From positions 64,001 through 128,000 of IMG/VR virus record IMGVR_UViG_3300025009_000051: 64,000 bases of DNA; one strand, 5' to 3'. Every line of letters starts with the position of its first letter. The first letter of the stretch is position 1. Under the pieces are notes generated by a model. It was not told the DNA's origin. It saw only the letters and a program-made list of their open reading frames with translations, and searched no databases. This stretch comes from a virus. Shown piece after piece: positions 38,823-48,604 of this stretch. Position numbers and translations under genes: made by a program.

Positions 38823-39451
38823 CATTAAATGATATAAAAGCAATTTTTTATGCCGAGTGTCTTAAACATACTTCAGACATTCCAAAAATAAATGAATTGT
38901 ATCATACAATAGAACAAGCATACAAAGATAGATATTTTCACAATCTTTATCATTTAAAAAATATGTTTGAAAAATTACTTGAAGTAAAAGGGCACATTCA
39001 AGATTGGAATTCTATAGTTTTTTCTGTATTCTATCATGATATCATTTATGATCCTACTTCATTAATTAATGAAGAAAATAGTGCTTTTTTAGCTGTAGAA
39101 GAATTAAAGAAAATAGGAGTTCAAGAAGAACAATTAAATAAAATTAAACAACAAATTTTATCTACCGGATCACATACCAACCCAACTTCATTATCGGATA
39201 TAGATTATTTAATAGATGCTGATTTTTGTTTGTTGGGATCACCTTGGATAATATATGATAGCAATGGATATCTGATTAGACAAGAATTTGAGTTGTTATC
39301 AGATATAGATTGGAGTAAAGGTAGAAAGAAATTTTTAAAAGGATTATTGAATAGAGATTCAATTTTCTTAACTAAACATTTTATGAACAATTATGAGAAT
39401 AAAGCTATAGAAAATATTACCAGAGACTTAACTAATTTAATGAAAATATGA
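38819..39451 (+). CDS. Predicted HD-superfamily metal-dependent phosphohydrolase (start corrected to 38819)
   Basis: RYFHNLYHL, FYHDIIYDP, NEENSA, DAD..LLG, R.EF. Confidence 0.8.
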   Translation: MTLNDIKAIFYAECLKHTSDIPKINELYHTIEQAYKDRYFHNLYHLKNMFEKLLEVKGHIQDWNSIVFSVFYHDIIYDPTSLINEENSAFLAVEELKKIGVQEEQLNKIKQQILSTGSHTNPTSLSDIDYLIDADFCLLGSPWIIYDSNGYLIRQEFELLSDIDWSKGRKKFLKGLLNRDSIFLTKHFMNNYENKAIENITRDLTNLMKI

Positions 39452-39614
39452 AAAAATATAATATTATTGTGATGTATCCTGGAATGAATAGTTTAAGATA
39501 TACAATTACAGGTAACTTTTTGGGGTCTGATTTTGGTTCTAGGGCATACGTATTCGAATTAGAAAATAAGAAAAGAATGTATTTTCCTGTAAATTTAACT
39601 ATAATAGAAGAACA

Positions 39615-39902
39615 ATGAGACGAGATATCATTACCAAATTATTAGAATCAATTCCATTAGAAACAAGAATAAAAGTTTCTATAGAATGTGCATTTATTAC
39701 TTTAATAACTGAATTGGGATATCGAGAATCAAAAATGTGGACAGATGAAGAACAACCTATATTAGATAAACTGATGAAATTAGCAAAGGAAGAAACAGAT
39801 AGTATTTTAAAGGAAATAGAAGAATGGAAGAAAGGTCAAGATATAAACGAATACATGGAGTTAAGGAAAATAAATGAGAAAGATTCTTGGAAGTATGAAT
39901 GA
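39615..39902 (+). CDS. Hypothetical protein
   Basis: 95-aa ORF. Confidence 0.5.
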   Translation: MRRDIITKLLESIPLETRIKVSIECAFITLITELGYRESKMWTDEEQPILDKLMKLAKEETDSILKEIEEWKKGQDINEYMELRKINEKDSWKYE

Positions 39903-39939
39903 CGTACTACAGAATTAAATAATAATTAACTAAAAAAAT

Positions 39940-40158
39940 ATGGAAGGATTTCATTATAAAGATGGATTATTTTTTAAACGAAATAAAGATAATTCAGTTA
40001 CAATAACACAATTAAAAGAAAACAACATTAATTGCACAGAATCTATTTTTGAAGTTATGATAGATGAAAATGGTTGGGCTTCAATTGTTTCTTCAGTTAG
40101 TAATAAAGGAGAGGAAGATAATAGATTTTGGAGAGCATTACAATTTCACAATGAATAA
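39940..40158 (+). CDS. Hypothetical protein
   Basis: 72-aa ORF. Confidence 0.5.
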   Translation: MEGFHYKDGLFFKRNKDNSVTITQLKENNINCTESIFEVMIDENGWASIVSSVSNKGEEDNRFWRALQFHNE

Positions 40159-40169
40159 ATTTAATAATT

Positions 40170-40604
40170 ATGGAAAATGATTGGCTTAATAAATATATGA
40201 GTTTGCAGCAAGCAATAGAAGCAATGTCAGAAGAAAATGAAAAATCTTGGGATGAATATGTTGATAAAATAATACACCAAGATAAAATATTACAAACACA
40301 ATTAGAAAGATTCCATATAAAATATTCAAATAATTTTTCTGAGATTGTTGAAAAAATAAAAGAAAAATATCAAAGTGATAAATATAGAAGTCATTGGTAT
40401 AATCAAGGAATTGAACCACCTGAACCCCTATATGATTTTTTATTCGATTATGCAACAATATATGGAAGAGAATGCCACGAAGAAGAGTGGAAAAGATTGG
40501 GAGGAATATTCACAACTCAGATATATTTTGTGAATGATTATTATTTTTGTCTGCAACAAGGTCAAGGTGCATATATAAGCATACATAAAAAATTACTTAA
40601 CTAA
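40170..40604 (+). CDS. Hypothetical protein
   Basis: 144-aa ORF. Confidence 0.5.
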   Translation: MENDWLNKYMSLQQAIEAMSEENEKSWDEYVDKIIHQDKILQTQLERFHIKYSNNFSEIVEKIKEKYQSDKYRSHWYNQGIEPPEPLYDFLFDYATIYGRECHEEEWKRLGGIFTTQIYFVNDYYFCLQQGQGAYISIHKKLLN

Positions 40605-40614
40605 AAAATATAAT

Positions 40615-41775
40615 ATGAATATAGATCATCAATACATTGAATTATTAAAAGATATTTTAGAAAATGGAATTAAAAAAGAAGTTAGAACCGGAGTAGGTAC
40701 TCTTTCTGTTTTTGGTAGACAACTCCGACATGATATGAAAGAAGGGTTCCCATTAATTACAACTAAAAAAATGTATTGGGGAGGAATTGTAACTGAATTA
40801 CTTTGGTTCTTGAGAGGAGACACAGATATCAGGTATTTATGGAAAAATAATTGTCATATTTGGGATGGAGATTGGTATAAAGCATATTCTAAATCTTGTT
40901 CTACTCCTTATTCATTAAAAGAAATGATTGAATTTGGATTAGAATGGGAAACAAATACAAGATTTTTTCATAAATCTGTTTGGGAGCTCGGTCCAATTTA
41001 TGGGAAGCAATGGCGGAGTTGGAGTAAGCCGGATCTACTATCAATAGACCAAATCCAACATTTAATCAATACCCTTAAAACAAATCCGGATTCTAGAAGA
41101 TTAATGGTTAATGCTTGGAATGTAGGAGAATTAGATGAAATGGTTCTTCCACCCTGCCATTATGGATTTCAAGTTTATACAAGAGAATTGAGTATAGTTG
41201 AAATGATACGAATTGCCAAATATAAGGATGAACAAATTCTAATAAATCAACGAAAAGAAAGAATAAATGAAATTAGTGAACAACTATTAAAAGATAATAT
41301 TCCAACACGAGCAATCTCTTTAATGTGGAATCAAAGATCGGTAGATACATTTTTAAGACTTCCTTTCAATATTGCTTCATATGGTTTATTACTTGAGATT
41401 ATTGCTAAAGAAGTGAACATGATTCCAGATCAATTAATTGGAAATTTAGGAGATACACATTTATATTTAAATCATATTGAACAAGCTAAAGAACAAATTG
41501 GTCGAGAATTAAGTTGGCCAGAAAGAATTGATAAAATGTATGAAATAAATAAAGACATGGCTAAAAATATATCAGACCAATGGGCGCTAAATCATGCATT
41601 CCTAGATGATTTAAATATTCCTAAAAGAACAAGAGAACCACTTCCATTACCTAAATTAGATAAGTTACCAGAATATTTCCTTAGGGGTTCAGATTGGAGC
41701 TGCTATGAACCAAAAGATATTAAATTATTAAATTACAAATCTCATCCTGAAATTAAAGCACCATTAAATAATTAA
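40615..41775 (+). CDS. thyA: Thymidylate synthase
   Basis: RTGVGT, ELLWFLRG, GPIYGKQWR, SRRLMVNAWN, catalytic LPPCH, RSVD..PFNIASY, GDTHLY. Confidence 0.95.
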   Translation: MNIDHQYIELLKDILENGIKKEVRTGVGTLSVFGRQLRHDMKEGFPLITTKKMYWGGIVTELLWFLRGDTDIRYLWKNNCHIWDGDWYKAYSKSCSTPYSLKEMIEFGLEWETNTRFFHKSVWELGPIYGKQWRSWSKPDLLSIDQIQHLINTLKTNPDSRRLMVNAWNVGELDEMVLPPCHYGFQVYTRELSIVEMIRIAKYKDEQILINQRKERINEISEQLLKDNIPTRAISLMWNQRSVDTFLRLPFNIASYGLLLEIIAKEVNMIPDQLIGNLGDTHLYLNHIEQAKEQIGRELSWPERIDKMYEINKDMAKNISDQWALNHAFLDDLNIPKRTREPLPLPKLDKLPEYFLRGSDWSCYEPKDIKLLNYKSHPEIKAPLNN

Positions 41776-41800
41776 TTTTTAAATATAAACTCAAACAAAA

Positions 41801-42094
41801 ATGAAAAAAACAAATTATCATTTATTCTTCTTCTTTGCACTCGTTATTATATTATTAATATTATTATCAGGTTGTGCAGATGTGACAAATGTTCAATCTT
41901 GTGCAACAACTGATGCCGCAGGATTTTTGAGCGGATTATGGCACGGATTTATATGCTGGGTAAGTTTCTTTGGCAGTTTATTTAGTGATAATATTGCCAT
42001 GTACGAAGTAAATAATACAGGAGGTTGGTACGATTTTGGATTTGTTCTTGGATCAGGAATTTTATTAGGAGGAGTAGGTAGATCATCTAAATAA
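41801..42094 (+). CDS. Small membrane lipoprotein
   Basis: LLSGC lipobox; GLWHG...WYDFGFVLG. Confidence 0.6.
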   Translation: MKKTNYHLFFFFALVIILLILLSGCADVTNVQSCATTDAAGFLSGLWHGFICWVSFFGSLFSDNIAMYEVNNTGGWYDFGFVLGSGILLGGVGRSSK

Positions 42095-42100
42095 AAAATT

Positions 42101-42574
42101 ATGAGAACAAAGTATGATGGAATAGAATACCACTTCTTTTGGAATGGACCATTTAGTAATTGGTATTTTTCTGAATTTGTAATTGATAATATAAAATTTA
42201 TCGGTGGTGAACAATATATGATGTATCAGAAAGCTATTGTTTTTAATGATACTGACACTGCAGAAAAAATTATGGAAGAAATATTCCCAAATAAACAAAA
42301 ATCATTAGGAAGATTAGTTAAGAATTATGATGATAAAGTATGGGCAGAAAAAAGATATGAATTAGTTAAAAAAGGATTGAGAGAAAAATTTAATCAAAAT
42401 CAATCTTTAAAAAATAAATTAAAATCATATCAAGGTTGTATCTTTGTCGAAGCATCTCCTTATGATAGAATTTGGGGTATTGGATTTTATGATGATGTAG
42501 CTTTACAACATATAGATGAATGGGGGCAAAATTTACTTGGTAAAATATTGACAGAACTGTCAAATGAATTATAG
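42101..42574 (+). CDS. NADAR (YbiA/DUF1768) family hydrolase
   Basis: FFWNGPFSNWY, EQYMMYQKA, K.LGR.V, KF.QN, EASPYDRIWGIG, GQNLLG. Confidence 0.92.
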   Translation: MRTKYDGIEYHFFWNGPFSNWYFSEFVIDNIKFIGGEQYMMYQKAIVFNDTDTAEKIMEEIFPNKQKSLGRLVKNYDDKVWAEKRYELVKKGLREKFNQNQSLKNKLKSYQGCIFVEASPYDRIWGIGFYDDVALQHIDEWGQNLLGKILTELSNEL

Positions 42575-44257
42575 ATTGCAGATTACTTCATATTTTAAAC
42601 TACCACAATCCCAAATTCTATCATAACCTAAATTTATCATATTTTCCCATTCTGATAAATCTTTATTTCCATTGTATTTATTAACAATTTGATATTTGGT
42701 AAAATTAAATCTATGTTTTCTTTCCGAATAATTTAATAAATACCAATAATTTGGAGTTCCTTTATCTATTAATTTAAATCCTAATTTTTCATATAAAGTT
42801 GTATTAAGAGTAGAAGACCACCTTCTATCAGCATAACTATGAATTTTATTTGGTTTATATTTAGATATAAAATAATTTAATAGTTTGCCGGCAGTTCCAA
42901 TTGCAATATAATTTTCATTTGCAGCATATCTTATTAATTCATAATCATTTTCTGAATTTTCTTTTTTGCCATATATAATTCTTTTTTTACTAAATGTCAT
43001 AATTGCTATAATTTCATTATTAAAAAAAGCTCCTAATTTAATACTACTTTTATCCTTTCCTTGTATGTGATATTTTTCTAAAAATATATCTTTTTCTTGA
43101 CTCGATATTTCTTTGATAATTGTATTTCTGCCATAAATTCTTTCTTTATTAGTATTTAATTTTAAAATATATTTTAATTTATTTTTTATTAATTCTTTTT
43201 TATTGCACCATTCATCATCAAAAATGTGAATTAATTGAATTCCTTTTTCTTCACATAATTTTGTTTTTGTAATGTGATAATCTTTTAATTTTCCATTCAA
43301 TTCGGAATGCCAGTATAATCCATTAAATTCAATGGCAAGATTAAAATCTGGAAGATAAATATCTATTTCAAATGGATTAATAATAGATTTTGAATGTATT
43401 ACAATATTTTCTATATTTAATGTTTGTAGATATTCTTTAATCTCTATTTCTGGTTTTGATTGAAAAGAAGGAGAATAATTTCCTAATCCTAAAACATAAT
43501 TTTCTGATAATTTATTTTGTGTATTTTTAGATACTATTTCTCCATATTTTTGCTTGTATTCTTTTTGAGAAATATTGTGCAATTTTAAATGACTATTTGT
43601 TAAATATTTTAATTTTTGATTGCATATTTTACATTCGATATAATTTTCAATATTATCAGTTAAAAATTTTTTTCTTTCTAATATATAATGATATTGTTTC
43701 CATAAATAATTATATTCTGGATATTGTTCTAAAAATAAAGATATAGAAACTTTATGTTCTTTTAATAAATGTTGAGTAAACCAACCAGATTTATTTTCTA
43801 TATCAATTGTATTCCAATCACAATATGGGCATTGAAGAATTGGAGAAGTTTCTCTTTCTTCTAGAATATAATATTCTTTAAAATTTTTATCCGAAATATT
43901 GTGTTCATTTCTTAAATGCCTTGTTAATGCACCACTTGCATTTATTGAATCATAAAATATTTTATTGCATATTTTACATTTTAATTGCTTTGTTTTGTCT
44001 CCTTTATCTTTTCTTGCTCTTTTTTGATTTAATTCTACATCTGAATGTTTGCATGTGTTTGAACAATAAACCTTATCTATTGGTGTTTCTCTCTTTCCAC
44101 AAATTTTGCATTTATATAAATTTTCTTCAATTAAAAATTTCTTCTTATATTCATGTTTATCTAATCCATGAATTTTTATATGGTTATAGAAAGAACTCGA
44201 ATTTTGTATTGGTTTATTGCAATATGGACAATAATATAAATATTTTATTTTGATCAT
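42569..44257 (-). CDS. Multi-C2H2 zinc-finger endonuclease (DUF559/Vsr-like core, Hef-like homing endonuclease type)
   Basis: Repeated CxxC...HxxxH; EIDIYLPDFNLAIEFNGLYWH; C-terminal YADRRWS...LGF. Confidence 0.75.
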   Translation of the reverse strand: MIKIKYLYYCPYCNKPIQNSSSFYNHIKIHGLDKHEYKKKFLIEENLYKCKICGKRETPIDKVYCSNTCKHSDVELNQKRARKDKGDKTKQLKCKICNKIFYDSINASGALTRHLRNEHNISDKNFKEYYILEERETSPILQCPYCDWNTIDIENKSGWFTQHLLKEHKVSISLFLEQYPEYNYLWKQYHYILERKKFLTDNIENYIECKICNQKLKYLTNSHLKLHNISQKEYKQKYGEIVSKNTQNKLSENYVLGLGNYSPSFQSKPEIEIKEYLQTLNIENIVIHSKSIINPFEIDIYLPDFNLAIEFNGLYWHSELNGKLKDYHITKTKLCEEKGIQLIHIFDDEWCNKKELIKNKLKYILKLNTNKERIYGRNTIIKEISSQEKDIFLEKYHIQGKDKSSIKLGAFFNNEIIAIMTFSKKRIIYGKKENSENDYELIRYAANENYIAIGTAGKLLNYFISKYKPNKIHSYADRRWSSTLNTTLYEKLGFKLIDKGTPNYWYLLNYSERKHRFNFTKYQIVNKYNGNKDLSEWENMINLGYDRIWDCGSLKYEVICNL

Positions 44258-44292
44258 ATAGAAATATAATAAATTTTTTTATATAAAACAAA

Positions 44293-44320
44293 AAAAGCTA
44301 CTGTTTTAGAGTAGCTTTTT
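44293..44320 (-). terminator. Intrinsic terminator after the major capsid gene
   Basis: aaaagctact-N7-agtagctttt, a perfect 10-bp stem with A/T tails. Confidence 0.8.
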
Positions 44321-44341
44321 CATTAAATATTTAATTATTGA

Positions 44342-45955
44342 TTAAACGTAGTTCAAATCTGCAACGTAGATTTTAGCATAAAATTCAGGTCTTGTTATCA
44401 CCTTAGCGTAGCGTGTCATTACACCCTTTCTTGGAGTCAAGTTATCAGGATCTAAAACAGTAGGAGTCATAATCAAAGGAATATAAGGACAATAAGCGGC
44501 CCCCGTTTCAAGGAATTGTGTTCCTCTAAATCCTTCTAAAATTACATTACTGTTCCAATAAGGAACTTTATAGATGTTGTATCTATTGTTCATCATACCA
44601 ACTTTTTGAACACCCATTGCGAACGAAGTAGTTCCCCAAGCAGTACCATCAGTATCTGCACTAAAACCAGGCATACTTTCCATTACCGTAGCAACGTCAG
44701 GAGAAGTAACTGCGAAGTTTGCTCCACCTCTCATAGTTTTTGTATGAATTTTATTAGAAACTTTTTGCATTTTTGTTCCCAAAGTTTGGAACCAAGTAGG
44801 TTGAGTATAAGCTAAAGCCGAACCTTGATCTGCATCTTGAGTTGTGAATGCACTACCATTCCAAATTGTATTAACTTTTGCTGACCATACATCAGCTGTC
44901 AAAGCGCTAACTGTCAACATTTCTAAAATTTCCAAATCAATTTCCATTGAAACATATTCGCTCATCATACTTGTCAATTCACTTTCAGCGTCAATTGAGT
45001 GATATGCATTTAAATCTTGACTTAATTCTGGAGTCCAAATAGCTTTCAATTTTCTTGTTTTAGCAACAATCGGAATTGATGAATAATCTACTTGTAATTC
45101 AGGAATGTGTAAAGCATTAGTACCCGACCATGCTGGATCACCCTGAGCTTCAAAATCACCTCTTTGATAATCTAACGGTTGTTTATGATAATAAACGGTA
45201 ACAGGAGTAGGAACAGTACCAGCTACAATAAAAGTAATCTTAGTTGTGCTTGCTGTACCATTTTCGTCTACTGCTTTAGTATGTGCGTTATAAACAGTTG
45301 TAATACCAGAACCAGAAACTAAAAATGCATTAATACCAGTAAAATCCGCACTTAACCCAGTCAAATCTACAGTTACCTTTGATAATGAACCAGTTGAAGC
45401 AGCTAATGTAGCATCATAATCAATTTCTGCATAAGTTGTTACTGAACCAGAAGTTGGAGCAATACTTGATGAATAATCGTTAATTGTGTATCCAAATTTA
45501 CCTGAACCGTATAACCCACCAGAAGCATCTGCAGAAGTTTTAGTTACACCAAAAATAGAGTTATCTTGATCAGTTGTTCCTTCACTTGAAGTAAAACCGG
45601 GTTGAGATGTACCATATTTAAAGTCCATATAAAATACCAACCCCGAAGGTAAAGTCATAGGTTGAACACTTACGAAATCTTTTGCAGCTATTTCAGCAAA
45701 AATTCTTCTAACCAACGGCAATGCAATACTTGACCATTCTTCAGCGTTTTGTCCGCCAGTTTTTGAAATTTCGTCAATTAATTGTCTTGCTTGGTTTTCC
45801 AACATAATAGCCATATTATGTTTCTCATATTTTTTGTTCAGTCCTTCTAAAAGTCCTGTTTTCCCCCATTTATTAACCAAACGCTTTGTTTCGTTAATTT
45901 GGCGTCTATAATGGGATTTAGTATCGTTTTGAACGATTTGTAATACTCTTGACAT
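44342..45955 (-). CDS. gp23: Major capsid protein (T4 gp23-like)
   Basis: KWGKTGLLEG, LPLVRR, VQPMT.P.GLVFY, RKLKA.WTPELSQDL.A.H, AAYCPYIPL, TRYA. Confidence 0.96.
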   Translation of the reverse strand: MSRVLQIVQNDTKSHYRRQINETKRLVNKWGKTGLLEGLNKKYEKHNMAIMLENQARQLIDEISKTGGQNAEEWSSIALPLVRRIFAEIAAKDFVSVQPMTLPSGLVFYMDFKYGTSQPGFTSSEGTTDQDNSIFGVTKTSADASGGLYGSGKFGYTINDYSSSIAPTSGSVTTYAEIDYDATLAASTGSLSKVTVDLTGLSADFTGINAFLVSGSGITTVYNAHTKAVDENGTASTTKITFIVAGTVPTPVTVYYHKQPLDYQRGDFEAQGDPAWSGTNALHIPELQVDYSSIPIVAKTRKLKAIWTPELSQDLNAYHSIDAESELTSMMSEYVSMEIDLEILEMLTVSALTADVWSAKVNTIWNGSAFTTQDADQGSALAYTQPTWFQTLGTKMQKVSNKIHTKTMRGGANFAVTSPDVATVMESMPGFSADTDGTAWGTTSFAMGVQKVGMMNNRYNIYKVPYWNSNVILEGFRGTQFLETGAAYCPYIPLIMTPTVLDPDNLTPRKGVMTRYAKVITRPEFYAKIYVADLNYV

Positions 45956-45978
45956 ATGTTTATATTATTTATTAATTA

Positions 45979-47088
45979 TTAATTTTTTGATTTTTTTATT
46001 CCTGCTAATTCTTGTAAGCGTCTTACTTGAGGATCTACATTAGAAACAATCTTTTTCATTGTCGGTTTAATATTTCTTGAACTTAATCCTTCTTGTAATT
46101 TTTTCTTCAAAGGACTGTTTACTTTTTTAGCAGCAACAACTTGTTTTTTATTAGCTAAATTTTCATTTAAAATTCTAAATACCAATTTAACTTCTTTAAC
46201 GGTGTCAGCTTTATCGAATGATTCAACCAATTTTAATTTTTGATCTTTATTCAAATCAAAGTTTTTAAATAATTTGTTCAAGTACAATAATTTTGAATTT
46301 AATAAATTAACTTCTGATAATGTGCTTTTCATTTCTCTAATTACTTTGTAAGCTTCACCTAATTTAGTACGTAATTCAGCAACCGGTTCTTCATCTTCAA
46401 CTTCTTCTTCGTCATCTTCTAATGCTTTTAAAATTTCTGAAATATCTTCATCTTCTTCAGGTTCATCTTCAGTAGTTTCATCTTCTTCAGTTATTTCTTC
46501 TTCATCTTCTTCAGTTCCATCTTCAAGATTTTTTAATATTTCATCTAATTCATCTTCACTAAATTCGTCGGTTTCATCTTCTTCAGTTACTTCTTCATCT
46601 TCGGAATTAAAGTCTTCGTCGTCAGATATGTCTAAATCTTCATCTCCGGTATCTTCAATATCTTCTAAATCTTCGTCTTCAATTTCTTCGATTTCATCTT
46701 CTTCTCCATCTAACATTTCTTCTAAATCATCATCTGATATATCGAAATCATCTTCGTCTTCCATGTTTTCATCTTCTTCAGTTACTTCTTCGTCATCCAT
46801 GTATTCGTCTTCGTCAAAGTTTTCATCTTCTTCAGTTACTTCTTCGTCATCCATGTATTCGTCATCTTCGATTTCGTCTTCTTCTGTGATTTCTTCATCA
46901 TCTGTAATTTCATCTTCAAAGTCATCTTCCATTTCTTGTTTTAAGTTCTTTTTAAATAAACTTTGCAATTGTGGAGTAAATGCTTCTTCTAATTGTGCTT
47001 TAGCGTTGGTTAATGCAGCTTGTTTAATTTGACGAGCATCTGCAATTGCTTCTTCTAACAGCGTTTTTTGCTTAATTTCTTTAGCCAT
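45979..47088 (-). CDS. Prohead scaffold protein with a long acidic insertion
   Basis: Directly upstream of the capsid gene; LLEEAIADA..., LNEVNLLNxKLLY-type segment; D/E-rich centre. Confidence 0.8.
   Translation of the reverse strand: MAKEIKQKTLLEEAIADARQIKQAALTNAKAQLEEAFTPQLQSLFKKNLKQEMEDDFEDEITDDEEITEEDEIEDDEYMDDEEVTEEDENFDEDEYMDDEEVTEEDENMEDEDDFDISDDDLEEMLDGEEDEIEEIEDEDLEDIEDTGDEDLDISDDEDFNSEDEEVTEEDETDEFSEDELDEILKNLEDGTEEDEEEITEEDETTEDEPEEDEDISEILKALEDDEEEVEDEEPVAELRTKLGEAYKVIREMKSTLSEVNLLNSKLLYLNKLFKNFDLNKDQKLKLVESFDKADTVKEVKLVFRILNENLANKKQVVAAKKVNSPLKKKLQEGLSSRNIKPTMKKIVSNVDPQVRRLQELAGIKKSKN
46765..46863 (-). repeat. 45-bp exact duplication with a 54-bp period in the scaffold gene
   Basis: Encodes DEYMDDEEVTEEDEN twice. 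Confidence 0.85.
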
Positions 47089-47099
47089 TTTAATTTGTG

Positions 47100-47332
47100 A
47101 TTTTCTATAGTTACTATGAAACTATAATTCGGATTTTTTGTTTTCGGTTTACTCTATATATGAATAAAGTATTTTTTTCGATAAAGGTATTGAAAACCTT
47201 TAATGTAGTTTTGTTTTGAACTTCTACAACCTAAAGGATGTAAATTCCTATTCTAGACAGGCACAATCCGTAGTTCCTACGGCGATATTTTTTATTTAGT
47301 AGGATTATAATTCCTTCTTTAATATAAGTATA
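47100..47332 (-). promoter_or_regulatory. Long structured 5' leader of the scaffold-capsid operon with the phage-type promoter TATACTTATA at 47323-47332
   Basis: At least six hairpins in about 230 nt with no ORF. Confidence 0.55.
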
Positions 47333-47379
47333 AAATAAAAAAAAAGAACTTAATTTTTTTAATTAATTTTAAAGAAATA

Positions 47380-47411
47380 TTTGTTTATTTCATATTTTCA
47401 ATGTATATTTG
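47380..47411 (+). promoter_or_regulatory. Bacteroidota sigma-A type promoter
   Basis: TTTG-N20-TATATTTG. Confidence 0.8.
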
Positions 47412-47431
47412 TGTGTATAAAAACAAAAATA

Positions 47432-47737
47432 ATGGAAAAAACATTAGAAGAAATTAAAAATATTTTAGCAATTTCTCGAAAATTTAATATTTGGGACAAT
47501 CCAAAAAGACCAAATGAAGTTCAAGAAGGTTGCTGTGAATATTGTGGAAAGAAACATGGTAAAACTCCATTCATGGTTCATGTTACTATTTTAGGAACTT
47601 GCGTACCAAATAATATAACAGAAGAAGATCTTTCCAGAGTAAATGAAGAATCACAAGGAGGTTGGGCAATTGGATCTACATGTGCTAAAAAATTGTTTGG
47701 AGAAAAAATTTTAGAATATTGTACAAAACAGAAATAA
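47432..47737 (+). CDS. Hypothetical Zn-binding protein (start corrected to 47432)
   Basis: CEYCGK...IGSTCAKK. Confidence 0.55.
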   Translation: MEKTLEEIKNILAISRKFNIWDNPKRPNEVQEGCCEYCGKKHGKTPFMVHVTILGTCVPNNITEEDLSRVNEESQGGWAIGSTCAKKLFGEKILEYCTKQK

Positions 47738-47744
47738 ATTAAAA

Positions 47745-48158
47745 ATGATAGTCAAAGAACAAATATCCAATAGAAAAAGAATTAATCATATAATTCTAAC
47801 TCCTACTCCACATATTAAATCTTACGCTGCATTAATATCTTTGAATGATTATTACAGTTCGTTAGATAGGGAAATTTTAGAAGAAATGGATTGGAGATAT
47901 CTTTTTATATTTAAACGTACATGGCTTAGACATAGAAAGGATGATAACGGTAATCATACTTGTGAATATTGTGGAAGAACGGATTTAAAAATTGGACCAA
48001 GGAAGTCTCATCCAGGTAAAAACCAAAAATCTTATATTACCCTCGATCATATAATGCCATTATCTAAAGGTGGAGGAAAATTTGATACTAATAATTTTGC
48101 CAAAGCATGTTTTAATTGCAATACTAAAAAAGGTGATACAATTATAAATTTAAAATAA
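47745..48158 (+). CDS. HNH endonuclease
   Basis: CEYCG...TLDHIMPLSKGG...N...ACFNCN. Confidence 0.88.
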   Translation: MIVKEQISNRKRINHIILTPTPHIKSYAALISLNDYYSSLDREILEEMDWRYLFIFKRTWLRHRKDDNGNHTCEYCGRTDLKIGPRKSHPGKNQKSYITLDHIMPLSKGGGKFDTNNFAKACFNCNTKKGDTIINLK

Positions 48159-48164
48159 ATTAAA

Positions 48165-48410
48165 ATGATTACAAATTTTTATGTCGCTGAATTTAGATTA
48201 GAAGAATTAAAATTGTTTATTCGGTCTAATCTACCAACTGCAAGATTTATTGATAATCCGTATAAAGTAGGAAATAAATATTCTATATCTCTTGAAATGG
48301 AAATAAAAGATGCAAATAAATTAAATTTGCTGCAAAATAAATGGTATGATGAAGACAATGCAATTAACTCTCCATCGAAAAATATATTTAGAAAAATATT
48401 TAAAAAGTAA
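48165..48410 (+). CDS. Hypothetical protein
   Basis: 81-aa ORF. Confidence 0.5.
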   Translation: MITNFYVAEFRLEELKLFIRSNLPTARFIDNPYKVGNKYSISLEMEIKDANKLNLLQNKWYDEDNAINSPSKNIFRKIFKK

Positions 48411-48604
48411 ATTAAATGAATACAAGAATAGCAACTAAAGAAGATTTTAAGGTTGGAACAACTCTTATAGATTCAGAAGGAAATGAATTTACTCTAAGAA
48501 GAAAATATTGTGATGGTATTTGGGAATGCAACCACAGAGTTCATATGGAAGATGAAGCAAGATTTTATAAAATAAAAATTACATAACTTTTCTAAAAAAG
48601 AAGA

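Noticed and set aside
46628-47032. Ser-rich 134-aa plus-strand ORF
   Set aside because: Antisense shadow of the Asp/Glu codons of the scaffold gene.
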